Shown: positions 17,403 to 27,289, numbered from the stretch's first letter. The stretch is DNA of 64,000 nt from a virus (IMGVR_UViG_3300049988_000286:96001-160000), one strand, 5' to 3'. Numbers and translations: made by a program. The notes: generated from the letters alone by a model not told the origin.

Positions 17403-17936
17403 ATGAGGATATTCGAGCTATCGCGCCCCGACGTTCAAGAAGATGTTGCCCCAATCCTCGCGCGCGGCGGCTGGTCGATATATGGCGAAGGATATTACGC
17501 GCAAGTTTATGGTAGGGATGACAAAGATTACGTCTTGAAGGTCTTCGATTACCGAGATCGCGGCTACGCCGAGTTCCTCAAGCTTGTTGCCACCAACGCC
17601 AATCCGCACTTTCCAAAGATCATCGGTAAGCCGATCAAGATAACCTCGGGGTATTGGGCCGTCCGGATGGAGAAGCTCACGCCAGCGCCAGAGGCACTTC
17701 AAATCGGCATCTATCTCTCAACTCGCGATAATGGACCCAACCCGCGAAACTCACTCCAGATAGCAGCGCACGAACAGATCATGGAGTTGTTCGAGAGCCA
17801 GCCGTTGTTGAAGGATGCACTCGACTTGATAATCGACAACATCCTTCACAACAGTAGCATCGGGGCAGACCTCCACAAGGAAAACGTCATGAAGCGCTCC
17901 GATGGCACTCTGGTGATAATCGATCCGGTAAACTGA
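17403..17936 (+). CDS. protein-kinase-like protein 2
   Basis: YGEGYYAQVY, VLKVF, DLHKENVM, VIIDP; TAAATA 4 nt upstream. Confidence 0.75.
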   Translation: MRIFELSRPDVQEDVAPILARGGWSIYGEGYYAQVYGRDDKDYVLKVFDYRDRGYAEFLKLVATNANPHFPKIIGKPIKITSGYWAVRMEKLTPAPEALQIGIYLSTRDNGPNPRNSLQIAAHEQIMELFESQPLLKDALDLIIDNILHNSSIGADLHKENVMKRSDGTLVIIDPVN

Positions 17937-17948
17937 AACAGTTTCGCT

Positions 17949-18212
17949 TCACAGCCTTTCGATCAGGCCCTCTCTGATCATGTTGACCTCGCGGGTGGTC
18001 TCCTTGATCGCCTCATCGCTGACCACCGCACCGTTTTCACTTCGCGCCTCCCTCCCGATGCGGAAGGCACCTTCACGCCCGACTCCTCGGAACATGATGT
18101 CGAAGTAGATGCTCGCTATGCCAGCATCACCGGCTCGGTAAATCCTCGTCACGCCGCAGATTTGGTCGCGCTCAACAAGGCTCCCATCGACTTCGATGAA
18201 ACGCTCAAACAT
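17949..18212 (-). CDS. hypothetical protein
   Basis: ATG after AAAGGA. Confidence 0.6.
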   Translation of the reverse strand: MFERFIEVDGSLVERDQICGVTRIYRAGDAGIASIYFDIMFRGVGREGAFRIGREARSENGAVVSDEAIKETTREVNMIREGLIERL

Positions 18213-18272
18213 TGCGATCCTTTCCCAATGAGCAGTGCCCTACTAGGGGCGGTCATTTGATTCCCTAATCCT

Positions 18273-18485
18273 CTAGGATAGTTCGCTACTCTGCGCAAGG
18301 GATTTGGTTGGAACCGGGAGTTCCTCACCCCGAAAGCACCTCGCGGCCTCGCTGGGATCGATCTCTCCCTTGCATTTCTGACACGTCGCGGACCCATCGG
18401 GATTGCGACGCCAGACATGCATCCGCTGACCTCGCGTTCGCGGTCCCTTGCATTCGAAGTACCAGAGGGGCAACATCTCACCCAT
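18273..18485 (-). CDS. small Cys-containing (possible Zn-finger) protein
   Basis: CQKC plus two further Cys; RBS GAGGAG. Confidence 0.5.
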   Translation of the reverse strand: MGEMLPLWYFECKGPRTRGQRMHVWRRNPDGSATCQKCKGEIDPSEAARCFRGEELPVPTKSLAQSSELS

Positions 18486-18536
18486 ATCTCATAGTTCGCT
18501 CCTCGGATCAAGGCATCAGGGCGAACTAAATATCGG

Positions 18537-19124
18537 GTGAGTCATACCAACGATGTGCCGGGCCAGCCCCCGCGTAAACTCTCTGCCCGCAATCTCGCCG
18601 GATCGAGCGCAGACCGTCCCAAAGAGGATTTCTACCCAACTCCGCCCGAAGCCGTCCTTGCCCTTTTGGCAGAAGAGACCTTCGAGGGATCGATCTGGGA
18701 AAACAGTTGCGGGGATGGTGCGATCTGTCGGGTGCTCGAAGAGGCCGGATACCGCGATATCATCGCGACTGACCTCATCGATCGCGGTTACGGTGAAGCC
18801 CCGCACGACTTCCTCACCTCGACGCTAACCGCAGACAACGTGGTGATGAACCCGCCCTTCTCGATGGCGCAGCAATTCGTTGAGCTATCTCTTGCTCGCA
18901 CCACGGGTAAGGTAGCGATGTTGGGGAAGCTGGTTTTCCTAGAGGGTCAGAAGAGGAAGGCGTTCTTCACACAGACACCGCTGCGCACCGTCTATGTCTT
19001 CAGCAAGCGGGTCAACTTCTACCGCAATGGGGAGCGGGGTAATTACTCGACCTCCACGATGGCATTCGCGTGGTTCGTTTTCGAACATGGCTACACGGGT
19101 GAGCCGACGATCAAGTGGATATAG
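18537..19124 (+). CDS. phage SAM-dependent (N6-adenine-type) methyltransferase
   Basis: DFYPTP, WENSCGDG, ATDL, VMNPPF. Confidence 0.8.
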   Translation: MSHTNDVPGQPPRKLSARNLAGSSADRPKEDFYPTPPEAVLALLAEETFEGSIWENSCGDGAICRVLEEAGYRDIIATDLIDRGYGEAPHDFLTSTLTADNVVMNPPFSMAQQFVELSLARTTGKVAMLGKLVFLEGQKRKAFFTQTPLRTVYVFSKRVNFYRNGERGNYSTSTMAFAWFVFEHGYTGEPTIKWI

Positions 19125-19136
19125 GTTAAATACTTG

Positions 19137-19727
19137 ATGAAGGATTGGATCAACCTCGTCGAGCGTGCCGCCAACGGTGACGCAAATATCCGCCACGCAG
19201 CGGAAATCCTCCACGCCCATATGGTGCACGGACGCGCGCAGGATTGGCAGTACGAGAAGCTGCTGACCCTCCTTCCCCGCCCCGCGCAGGGCGCGACCCT
19301 CTATCGTGCAGAGCCGATGCTCGTGGAGGATATCGAGCGTCTCGATCAGGGTATCCGCTCGCCGATCAAGTCGCACTTCTTCTCATGGACGAAGGACGCG
19401 TCTTCGCTCAAGACGATCGCAATCGAAGTCAAGATGAATGCCCACACACTTCGCGATACGGGCAAACCGTTCAAGATCGTAGTGATCAAGAAGAACTTCC
19501 CCGCAGAGCAGATCGTCGTCGATCTGAACCAATTCCGACACAACTACCCCGATTCATTGACCCCGGATATGATGCGCGACCTAGCTATCCATTTCAACGA
19601 AGAGGAAGTCCTCGTCCTTGAGCGCGATCGTGTCATGAACCGACAGAACACGGTGGTGCTCAAGGATTCGATGACCAACCGGATCAAGGCCATGTTGGGT
19701 ATGAGTAACTCGGCGGTTAATGTCTAA
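19137..19727 (+). CDS. putative ADP-ribosyltransferase (R-S-E clade)
   Basis: TLYRAE ... FSWTKD ... NEEEVLV; MKDWINLVE; TAAATA 4 nt upstream. Confidence 0.6.
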   Translation: MKDWINLVERAANGDANIRHAAEILHAHMVHGRAQDWQYEKLLTLLPRPAQGATLYRAEPMLVEDIERLDQGIRSPIKSHFFSWTKDASSLKTIAIEVKMNAHTLRDTGKPFKIVVIKKNFPAEQIVVDLNQFRHNYPDSLTPDMMRDLAIHFNEEEVLVLERDRVMNRQNTVVLKDSMTNRIKAMLGMSNSAVNV

Positions 19728-19750
19728 TTGGTCAATCGTCTAAATAGGTG

Positions 19751-20890
19751 ATGCGAGACATTATCGATATCATCACGGAAGCGGCACTGACAGAAGGTGG
19801 CGTGGAGAAGATTTCTATTCGGAACGGGATGCCGTTTTCTGTTTATCAGAATCCCAGCCGAGCAGTCGTGGTCAATATGGGACCATCGATGGAGTTTCGT
19901 GGCGTTATCGCCGACGACGATCTCTATATCTGGGACGCCTTCGACGGAACACATGACGATGTTGCCCAAGAATTGATAATCGATTGGCAGATCGAGTTCA
20001 AAGTCAAGGATAACAAGGTTGATAACGAGGAGGCCTTGGCGCATCGTCGCTTTCGACGTGCATTCGGTGATGGCATCGAGGCTGTGCTTGAGGAAATGCC
20101 CATCCAGTCCATCACGCGGCTCGGCGACTGGGACAAGTCATCGTCGTTCCGCGACGGTAAGGATCGCAAACTCCTGACATCGGAGAAGGCCATTCAGAAG
20201 ATGAAGGCGATGTGGAAATACCCCGATGAGGTAGATTACAACATCCTGCTGATCAACAACGCGGAGGCGAACCGCCACACCGAAGTGGGCGTCGTTCCTC
20301 GCGATAAACTTGCCAGCATGTTCCCGAAAACGATTTCCGCGATCGAGCCGCTGCTCCGCGACGATCAGGTCAACATCATCTTCACGAACAACAAGGGGGC
20401 GGCGCGCGTTCCCCTCACCGGCTGGGTAATGGCTCACCGCTTCGGTCACGCCATGCAGCGCTTCGGCACCAGCTACTATTTCGATGAGGCGGTCAAGGAG
20501 TTGGACAAAGCATTGGGTGAACTGATGGTCCACTACGGCGCTCGCCCGAACGACAAGGCGACGTTCCGCCGACCCTCCGCGCTCAACTCCACCAATTCGC
20601 GTGGTCTCCTCCATGCTCTGTGCACCTTCCGATCCGCGCGCGAGAAGAAATTGCGCAACTCGATGGAAGCCGTGCACGAATTGTTTGCCCAATACATCTT
20701 CACCGGTCGGATCAAATTCAACCCCATCCCCCGCCATTACCAGTATGGAGCGGTCAACTACACGTTCCGGGGCGATGAGGAGGATTATGAAGCGGAACAT
20801 GATCTCTTTGCCGATACCGTGATCTACAATCTCGAAAATTATTTCGAGACCGCGATCCACAACGTTGTCGGAAAAGTGCTGGTGATGTAA
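19751..20890 (+). CDS. tagged hypothetical protein (379 aa)
   Basis: MRDIIDIITEAALTE; AHRFGH motif; TAAATA 4 nt upstream. Confidence 0.7.
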   Translation: MRDIIDIITEAALTEGGVEKISIRNGMPFSVYQNPSRAVVVNMGPSMEFRGVIADDDLYIWDAFDGTHDDVAQELIIDWQIEFKVKDNKVDNEEALAHRRFRRAFGDGIEAVLEEMPIQSITRLGDWDKSSSFRDGKDRKLLTSEKAIQKMKAMWKYPDEVDYNILLINNAEANRHTEVGVVPRDKLASMFPKTISAIEPLLRDDQVNIIFTNNKGAARVPLTGWVMAHRFGHAMQRFGTSYYFDEAVKELDKALGELMVHYGARPNDKATFRRPSALNSTNSRGLLHALCTFRSAREKKLRNSMEAVHELFAQYIFTGRIKFNPIPRHYQYGAVNYTFRGDEEDYEAEHDLFADTVIYNLENYFETAIHNVVGKVLVM

Positions 20891-20899
20891 AGCCGGGGG

Positions 20900-21433
20900 A
20901 TGATCCCTGAACGCTTCCGCAAAGCCATCTACGAGCGCCACATCGCAGAGATGCAGATAGCGGAAGCGCGAGCCATCTACGAATCGACGATCTTCTCGCC
21001 CGAGCAGATCATCGACGAACTGCCCCGCGCGAAGTCGAGCCACATGTTCCTCATCCTCGATCAGCCACCCGATCGGAACAGGATCAAGCACGAGTTAACC
21101 AAAGAGATGATTAAGCGGATGCGTGAGCCATTCGCCAGAGCGGGCCTTCTACAAATCTGCCGTCCACGGCAGCGCACCGATGAGGAATGGGTGATTGAAG
21201 CCCGAGAGACTGAACTCTACTACCGTGCCACCAAGGCGGCAGAACAGGGCCTGTGGTGGGACGGCAGAGCCCAAACGCCTCATCACCCCTCGACGGTAAA
21301 GTGGTGGCGCGAGTACCTCGCGAGCGAACGCATCAGTCTCATGAAGATTCAAAAACTAGAGCGCAACGATCTCACTCAACCGTGCTTCGACGGCCTCGAC
21401 GTTGATGTCACCATGGCACGATTAAGGTTATAA
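20900..21433 (+). CDS. hypothetical protein
   Basis: 177-aa ORF. Confidence 0.6.
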   Translation: MIPERFRKAIYERHIAEMQIAEARAIYESTIFSPEQIIDELPRAKSSHMFLILDQPPDRNRIKHELTKEMIKRMREPFARAGLLQICRPRQRTDEEWVIEARETELYYRATKAAEQGLWWDGRAQTPHHPSTVKWWREYLASERISLMKIQKLERNDLTQPCFDGLDVDVTMARLRL

Positions 21434-21475
21434 ATCCGTGTTCGCATACGGTTAAGCCAATGTAAGGAATTTCTC

Positions 21476-21503
21476 TTGACCATGGAACCATTCCCGTTAT
21501 TAA
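21476..21503 (+). promoter_or_regulatory. sigma70-like promoter of the hfa/curli-like operon (TTGACC-N16-TATTAA)
   Basis: Lies in an AT-rich intergenic gap 65 nt upstream of ATG 21569. Confidence 0.45.
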
Positions 21504-21568
21504 CAGCCACGCACCAAGCGACGCGGGGTTCCCAGCGTGGCTGATGGTTCAATTCGGGGAAGAGACAC

Positions 21569-22075
21569 ATGAGGATGAGGATTTTGCTGGTGGGCGCAGC
21601 CGCGCTCGCCATGCCCGCGCTGGCGTCGGCGCAGACGCTCGGTGAAGAGGGCAGCTTCCAGTTTCGCAATCCGGCGGAGCGCAGCGTCGCGCTATCGATC
21701 GCGCAGACCATCGAGGCCAAGCAGGGCGGTCAGTTCGAGGCAGGTTTCGGCGGCTTCGGCGGCACCGGTGCGGGTTCGGGCGCGGGTGGTTCGGCGGCGA
21801 ACACCAACAACCTGTTCCAGTTCATCGATCAGTCGCAGATCACCAACAACTGCACGTCGAGCGGCGGCGTCGGCTCGCCGATGTCGTGCGGGGGTGGCGG
21901 CTCCAACACCGTGTCGGGCACCAATCTGACGAGTTCGGGTAACTCGAACAAGTCGGATACGACGCTCACGGGCAACACCGTCACCAATGCCAACAACACG
22001 GCGAACAACACGCTGAACCGTGGCGACGGCAACAACAACACGTCGACCACGACGACGAACACGGGTGGCCGCTAA
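21569..22075 (+). CDS. secreted Gly/Asn/Thr-rich protein in the HfaA position
   Basis: Signal peptide ending ASA-Q; low-complexity N/T/G tail; Cys pair; directly upstream of the CsgG/HfaB homolog. Confidence 0.65.
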   Translation: MRMRILLVGAAALAMPALASAQTLGEEGSFQFRNPAERSVALSIAQTIEAKQGGQFEAGFGGFGGTGAGSGAGGSAANTNNLFQFIDQSQITNNCTSSGGVGSPMSCGGGGSNTVSGTNLTSSGNSNKSDTTLTGNTVTNANNTANNTLNRGDGNNNTSTTTTNTGGR

Positions 22076-22076
22076 C

Positions 22077-22994
22077 ATGGCGCGCCTTTCTGCCATCATG
22101 GCCCTCGCCGCCATGCTCGCCCCGAGTGTCGCTGTGGCGCAGGATCAGCCGATCTCGCTCAAGCTGGGATCAGCGCCGACCAACAATATCTCGCCGATGC
22201 AACTGGGCATCCAGTGCGTGCGGACGCGCCTCGACCAGCAGTCGAAGACGATGCGCTTCTCGGTCGGCGAGGTCCGTGACTATACGGGCAAATTCTCGAA
22301 CGAGGCCAGCGAGGGCGGTTTCCGCATCACGCAGGGCGGCACCCTGATGGTCATCTCGGCGCTCGGCCAGCTTGGTCAGCACGTCGATCTCGTGGAGCGT
22401 TACGACACCCGTATCGCCGAACAGGAGATCGCGCTGGCGCGCAACCAACTCGTGCAGGATCAGGGAGCCGGTGGAGCGATCCTCCGTCCCCTGACTGCGG
22501 GACAGTATTACGGCTCTGACTACTACATCGTCGGGGGCGTGACGGAAGCGAATTACTCCATCAGCAGCGGTGGCGCGGAAGTCCGTGTCATGGGTGTCGG
22601 TGGTGGTGCTCGCTACTATTCGATGAACGTCGCCGCCGACCTTCGGCTCGTCGATGCCCGAACCCTTCGGGTGATCAAGACGGTCTCGGTCCAGAAGCAG
22701 TTCGTCGGACACGAGGTCAAGGGCGATACTTTCCGATTCTTCGGAACGACGCTCATTGACATTAATGCCGGGAAGAAGAAGAACGAGCCCCTCCAGCTTG
22801 GTGTTCGCGCCACGCTCGAATACGGCACGCTCGATCTCATTTCGGCGGCGTTCGGGCAGGAATTCACTCCCTGTCAGGCACATGCCGACTACGGGTACAC
22901 GGCTGGGGTTCAGCAGCGTCTCGTGAAGGCTAGTCGGGGAGGGGCGACACAACTCGCGGCCTTCGCTGCTGGGTCGGCCAAGACCACGAAGTAA
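22077..22994 (+). CDS. hfaB: CsgG/HfaB-family outer-membrane secretion pore
   Basis: VGEVRDYTGK, TQGGTLMVISAL, LVERYD, YIVGGVTE, VAADLRLVDARTLRV, QKQFVG, EPLQLGVR. Confidence 0.85.
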   Translation: MARLSAIMALAAMLAPSVAVAQDQPISLKLGSAPTNNISPMQLGIQCVRTRLDQQSKTMRFSVGEVRDYTGKFSNEASEGGFRITQGGTLMVISALGQLGQHVDLVERYDTRIAEQEIALARNQLVQDQGAGGAILRPLTAGQYYGSDYYIVGGVTEANYSISSGGAEVRVMGVGGGARYYSMNVAADLRLVDARTLRVIKTVSVQKQFVGHEVKGDTFRFFGTTLIDINAGKKKNEPLQLGVRATLEYGTLDLISAAFGQEFTPCQAHADYGYTAGVQQRLVKASRGGATQLAAFAAGSAKTTK

Positions 22995-23056
22995 GTGGCG
23001 ACACCGTTACAGGTCAGGTATGGTGCTTGACTTGGATTTAATTACAGGGAATTTCA

Positions 23057-24484
23057 ATGCGTAATCTTCTTCTCGGCGCTTCGGCGCTGATCGCAATCGC
23101 GGTTGCGGGTTCGGCTTCGGCGCAGAACATCTCGGTCCAGAGCAATCAGACCAACAACGCTACTGTCACCGCGAACACCGAGCTTCGCAACATCGAAGTC
23201 GGCACTCGTCCCACCACCACGACTTTCGTCGGCGGCAACCTGACCGGCACCGCGCTCGCGGTCGGCAACCTGATCCAGACTTCGGCTCCCATCGGTCAGG
23301 GCTTCTCGGAGGCTGCATCGAACAACGGCGGTGTCCTGTCGCCGCAGAACAACAGCGGCACGATCACTGCCAACGTCGGTTTCGGCTCCGGCGTCACTGC
23401 TGGCGTGACCAACGTAGCGGCCACCGCAATCGCCAACAACGCCCTTCTGTCGGGTGTGCAGGTACAGAACGCGGGTAGCCGTGTTGACGGCCAGTTCAAC
23501 AACGGTGCGGTCACGGCGAACACCACGCTCACCGGCGGTGGTTACAATGTCGGTAACCTGACTGCTGGATCGCTGGCGATCGGCAACAACTTCGTCGCAA
23601 CGGGTTCGGGTGCAGTCTACCTCGGCGCTGGTGCTGGCACCAACGGCGGTGCCCTCACCCAGACGAATCAGGCGGCGATCTCCGCTAACACGGTGTTCGT
23701 CAACGGCGGCAACTCGGGCGCTCTCGTCGCCAATGCCAATGCCATCGGTAACGCGTTCTCGCCGTCTGCCCCGGTGGTCAGCGTCGCAGTCACCCAGAAC
23801 AACAGCGGTCCGCAGAACGCCTACCTCGATGTGAAGCAGGGTTCGCAGTCCCTGAACGCTTCGGGTTCGGCAGTCGGCAACCTCATCGCGCCGACCGGTG
23901 GTTCGTTCAACGGGGTCAACCTCGTCCAGAGCAACTCGGCGGGTCAGACCTCGACGGTCACGGTGGGCAACACGCTTGCGGTGTTCAACGGCGGCAACAC
24001 CAACGTTAATTCGCTGGCTGTCGGCAACGCGATCCAGATTTCGCAGACCGGCGCTGTCGGGCTGGCAACCGGTTCGCAGACGAACACCGGGCCGCAGTCG
24101 GCGAGCGTCTCCGTTCCCGGTGGTGCAAGCTTCACGGGCGGGTCGGCCTTCGCTTCACAGGCGTTCGGTAACCTGATCGCGGTGAACACCGGTTCGACCT
24201 TCGGATCGGGCATTCCGCAGAACAATGCGGCGACTGTGACGGCATCCACGCGTATCGATACCGGTGCGTTCGGCCCCAGCACCACCGCCTCGTCGTTCGC
24301 GGCTGGCAACATCCTTCAGGTTCAGGCCGGTGGATCGGTTGAGGGCATCAACGGTTCTGCTAACCAGCTTAACACCGGGGCGATCAATTCGCTCACCTCG
24401 GTCACCGGTGGCCTGTTTGCGGGTAACCTCGCGGCATCGTCGCAGTCGATCGGTAACGTGACCAGCGTCACGATCGGCCGCTAA
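23057..24484 (+). CDS. HfaD/curlin-like secreted repeat protein
   Basis: Signal peptide; about 9 repeats each with QxN(S/T/N)(G/A)xxxA and (S/A)xA(V/I)GN motifs. Confidence 0.7.
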   Translation: MRNLLLGASALIAIAVAGSASAQNISVQSNQTNNATVTANTELRNIEVGTRPTTTTFVGGNLTGTALAVGNLIQTSAPIGQGFSEAASNNGGVLSPQNNSGTITANVGFGSGVTAGVTNVAATAIANNALLSGVQVQNAGSRVDGQFNNGAVTANTTLTGGGYNVGNLTAGSLAIGNNFVATGSGAVYLGAGAGTNGGALTQTNQAAISANTVFVNGGNSGALVANANAIGNAFSPSAPVVSVAVTQNNSGPQNAYLDVKQGSQSLNASGSAVGNLIAPTGGSFNGVNLVQSNSAGQTSTVTVGNTLAVFNGGNTNVNSLAVGNAIQISQTGAVGLATGSQTNTGPQSASVSVPGGASFTGGSAFASQAFGNLIAVNTGSTFGSGIPQNNAATVTASTRIDTGAFGPSTTASSFAAGNILQVQAGGSVEGINGSANQLNTGAINSLTSVTGGLFAGNLAASSQSIGNVTSVTIGR

Positions 24485-24512
24485 CCCTCGCCCACACGGG
24501 CTAGGACCAAGG

Positions 24513-24545
24513 AGAGGGATCGGACCAACATCCGGTCCCTCTTTT
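24513..24545 (+). terminator. Rho-independent terminator after the repeat protein
   Basis: AGAGGGATCGGA-CCAACA-TCCGGTCCCTCT followed by TTT. Confidence 0.75.
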
Positions 24546-24556
24546 ACCAAGGAAAA

Positions 24557-24955
24557 GTGATGCTCCTGATCGCCCTGATGTTGCAAGCCACTGCTGTCGG
24601 CGAGACCGTCTCCCCCACGGTGGTGCGGGTCCGCGAAGTGCATCGAGTGGGTCAGCGCCTCACGGTCGATTACGAGATCGAGAATCGTTCAAAGACCCGC
24701 ATCCCGGTGCCGGTGCCTCCCGTGACGATCACCGACCCGGCGGGACGAAGCCTTCCCGTGGGGAAGCCCAGTGAGGGTGATGCTCCCAAGAGCGTCAAGA
24801 CCGAGATCGAACCCGGCCTCACGGTCGGTCAGTCGGTCTCCGTTGATCTCGGGCAGAACATCACCGCGACCGTCTATGGCATGAACCCGAAGACCTACAA
24901 CGAATCCACATGGTATTTCGTCGTCGGTGGGGACCGGGTGCCCTTCAGTTTCTAA
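24557..24955 (+). CDS. secreted Ig-like (DUF4352-like) protein
   Basis: Short hydrophobic leader; LTVDYEIENRS, TITDPAG, EIEPG beta-sandwich pattern. Confidence 0.5.
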   Translation: MMLLIALMLQATAVGETVSPTVVRVREVHRVGQRLTVDYEIENRSKTRIPVPVPPVTITDPAGRSLPVGKPSEGDAPKSVKTEIEPGLTVGQSVSVDLGQNITATVYGMNPKTYNESTWYFVVGGDRVPFSF

Positions 24956-25050
24956 TACGCGCCCACGGGCGTGTTAGAGACCGTCAAGTCTCTTCCCCAA
25001 TAGGTGCGACGGTCTTGGAAGAGCCGGAGGAGACTCCGGCTCTTTTCGTG

Positions 25051-25359
25051 TCAGACAAAAATGATCTTCATCGGGGCCGCGAGCCTCGCCGCCTTGTCGG
25101 CACGCTCCTGCGCGGTGATCTCGTTCAGGGACACGTAGCCCTTCTCGCGGAGGATCACGCCGGGCGCTTTCTTGGCATCGATCGCGGCGAAATACTCCTC
25201 GACCGTGAAGTTGGCGATCAGGAACTTGACGAAGTGGCGCGCATTCGCGGCGGGGCGCATATACTTGAAGCGGCCGACGAAGCGGCGATCCGGACCATAG
25301 GTCACGTAGCGCTCCGAACCCGAACCCATGTCGAACATCTTGGCGTTGAACTTGGTCAT
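25051..25359 (-). CDS. hypothetical protein
   Basis: RBS AGGAGA; upstream TTGCAC-N17-TATAGG promoter-like sequence. Confidence 0.7.
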   Translation of the reverse strand: MTKFNAKMFDMGSGSERYVTYGPDRRFVGRFKYMRPAANARHFVKFLIANFTVEEYFAAIDAKKAPGVILREKGYVSLNEITAQERADKAARLAAPMKIIFV

Positions 25360-25419
25360 GCGTGTTCTCCTTGAACACGCCTATACGCAGTTCGTCACCG
25401 CAGTGCAAGCACTAATTGA

Positions 25420-26238
25420 TTATCCCGAATAGCCGATCTTCGACAATACCGTATAGAGGCCGCGCATCGCTTTGTCGGTGGTGGGCTTGACCGTCGCGGC
25501 CATCCGGGGATTGTGATAGAAATAATTGATTTCCGTGTCCGCGCTCCGGATAAGGGGGAAGTCCTCGAAGCCATATCCGGCATTGCTGCCAGTCTTCATC
25601 TCGATCCAGATACCGAGACGCAGTGCTCGCCCCGATCCATGATTGACGTTCTGCAATCCCACTTCCTGCACGCTGTCCCGATATTCCTTCTTCCACAGGG
25701 TCATGAAGGGAGGACTACCATCCTTCTCAAGGATGGGGAGATCGCCGATGTGGGTCAGTGAGGCCAAGCGGTCGAATTGTTTCCAGCCGTGGAACTCATC
25801 CTCGGATGCCGGTGTGAGGCGCGTCTCGCGGGTGCGCCGCTTGCGCGCTGCCCAGAAGGCCTTGGCCTCGCTCGACTGCGCCTGTAGCGCGGCATCACCA
25901 ATCGAACCATCGGCGGGGTGGACGATGTAACCATGGGCTTCAAGGTGGTCGAGCATCGCGGTGTAGAGGCCGAACCTCTTAAATTGATCTTCCACCACCG
26001 ATTTATACGGCACGACGTTCATACCGTTTGCTCCCGCGATCTGCGGACCCTCCGGGATGACCAAGGTCTGCGCTACCTTCTCACGCGCGGGCCGGAAGAT
26101 GTTCTCTAAAGCGACGTAGGCTTCGCACAGCACGCCGCCGTGGGCGGGTCGATGGCTGATGTAGAAGACAGGGCCGCGCTCATCGTAGCGGCTATAGGCT
26201 TTGAGGGTGGATCGTTCTAGAAGCTGGGTGGCACGCAT
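25420..26238 (-). CDS. tagged protein with GNAT acetyltransferase-like N-domain
   Basis: MRATQLLE; KRFGLYTAMLDHL...QSSEAKAFW; TAAATA 4 nt upstream. Confidence 0.55.
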   Translation of the reverse strand: MRATQLLERSTLKAYSRYDERGPVFYISHRPAHGGVLCEAYVALENIFRPAREKVAQTLVIPEGPQIAGANGMNVVPYKSVVEDQFKRFGLYTAMLDHLEAHGYIVHPADGSIGDAALQAQSSEAKAFWAARKRRTRETRLTPASEDEFHGWKQFDRLASLTHIGDLPILEKDGSPPFMTLWKKEYRDSVQEVGLQNVNHGSGRALRLGIWIEMKTGSNAGYGFEDFPLIRSADTEINYFYHNPRMAATVKPTTDKAMRGLYTVLSKIGYSG

Positions 26239-26517
26239 CGCATATTTATTCGCGCCACCACAGCAAATGCTCGCCATCGAAATTGTCGCGGACGAGGACG
26301 AAGATGGGTTGCGAGGCGTCGCTACGGATGAAGTGCGTGACTTCGGTGGAGAGACGCTGGGGCGAGCAATTATCCAGACCGACAATCTCGTAGCCGGGAC
26401 CGAGTTGTAGCTGGATATTAGGCGCATGGGTGCTGCGCATCACGAGCGGTTTGCCTCCGAGGAGACGCGTGACCGTTTCCTTGATGTCAGAGGCGTCGCG
26501 AAGTAGTGCGAAGTCAA

Positions 26518-27019
26518 TCATCGCCATCGCAGGTAAAAGAGGTCGGCGTCGGTTTCGTTGACGAAGCCAACAAGCTTGATATCCGGGTCGCGCCCACTCC
26601 AACGGCTAGCGGTGACCTCGTAGAGGTCGCGCTCTACATTCTCGGCGAGCCAGTCAAGGACTTCCAGCGTGCCCTTGTCCAGACCCAGAGCGCACCACCA
26701 CGAATAATAGTGATGCTCGCCGATCTGGATTATAGTCTTGGTAGGGGGTGAGAGATAATCGCCGGTGATCATCAACGCATTACCGATACAGCGCACCAGC
26801 GTCCCCGCCGCTCCTGCTTCGTACTGGACGTAGACCTGACCTTCATCGGGTTCTTGGAAAACCACGCGACCACGCTGGCCAGCGCCGTTCATCACGGGCG
26901 CGCCAACGGGAAAGAGACCGTGGCGGGCCTCCCGTTTGTTCTCGTCCCGCTCTACCCCCTCATAGTCGAGCAACGAGGCATCGCGCCAATGCCCGCCGTC
27001 TCGCACCTGCATGACCATG
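26518..27019 (-). CDS. hypothetical protein with C-terminal small-protein family domain
   Basis: LDWLAEN...FVNETDADLFYLRWR. Confidence 0.65.
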
Positions 27020-27071
27020 ACGGTGCGGCGGAAGAAACCGATCCTCCGCTCGACTGCGCGGCTCTCCAGCT

Positions 27072-27245
27072 TCACGCCAGCGAACGCCGACACTCCGCCA
27101 TCGTCGGGAAGATGTCCCCGGCGTTGCGACTGCCCTTGGGCCAATACTGGAAACCGCCCTCGACGGTTTTGATGGTGCCCGCCATGCGGCGACCGATCTT
27201 GACGGTGGTGCCACGGAGACCATCGGTGAAGGTAATTGCGTCCAT
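27072..27245 (-). CDS. small hypothetical protein (57 aa, below the ORF-track cutoff)
   Basis: RBS AGGAGA; TTGACA-N16-TATAGG upstream. Confidence 0.55.
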   Translation of the reverse strand: MDAITFTDGLRGTTVKIGRRMAGTIKTVEGGFQYWPKGSRNAGDIFPTMAECRRSLA

Positions 27246-27289
27246 GTCTCTTCTCCTTGACCCTACCTATAAACGATTATATCGAACTG

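Noticed and set aside
21452-21466. Possible CtrA box upstream of the hfa-like operon
   Set aside because: Does not match TTAA-N7-TTAA adequately.
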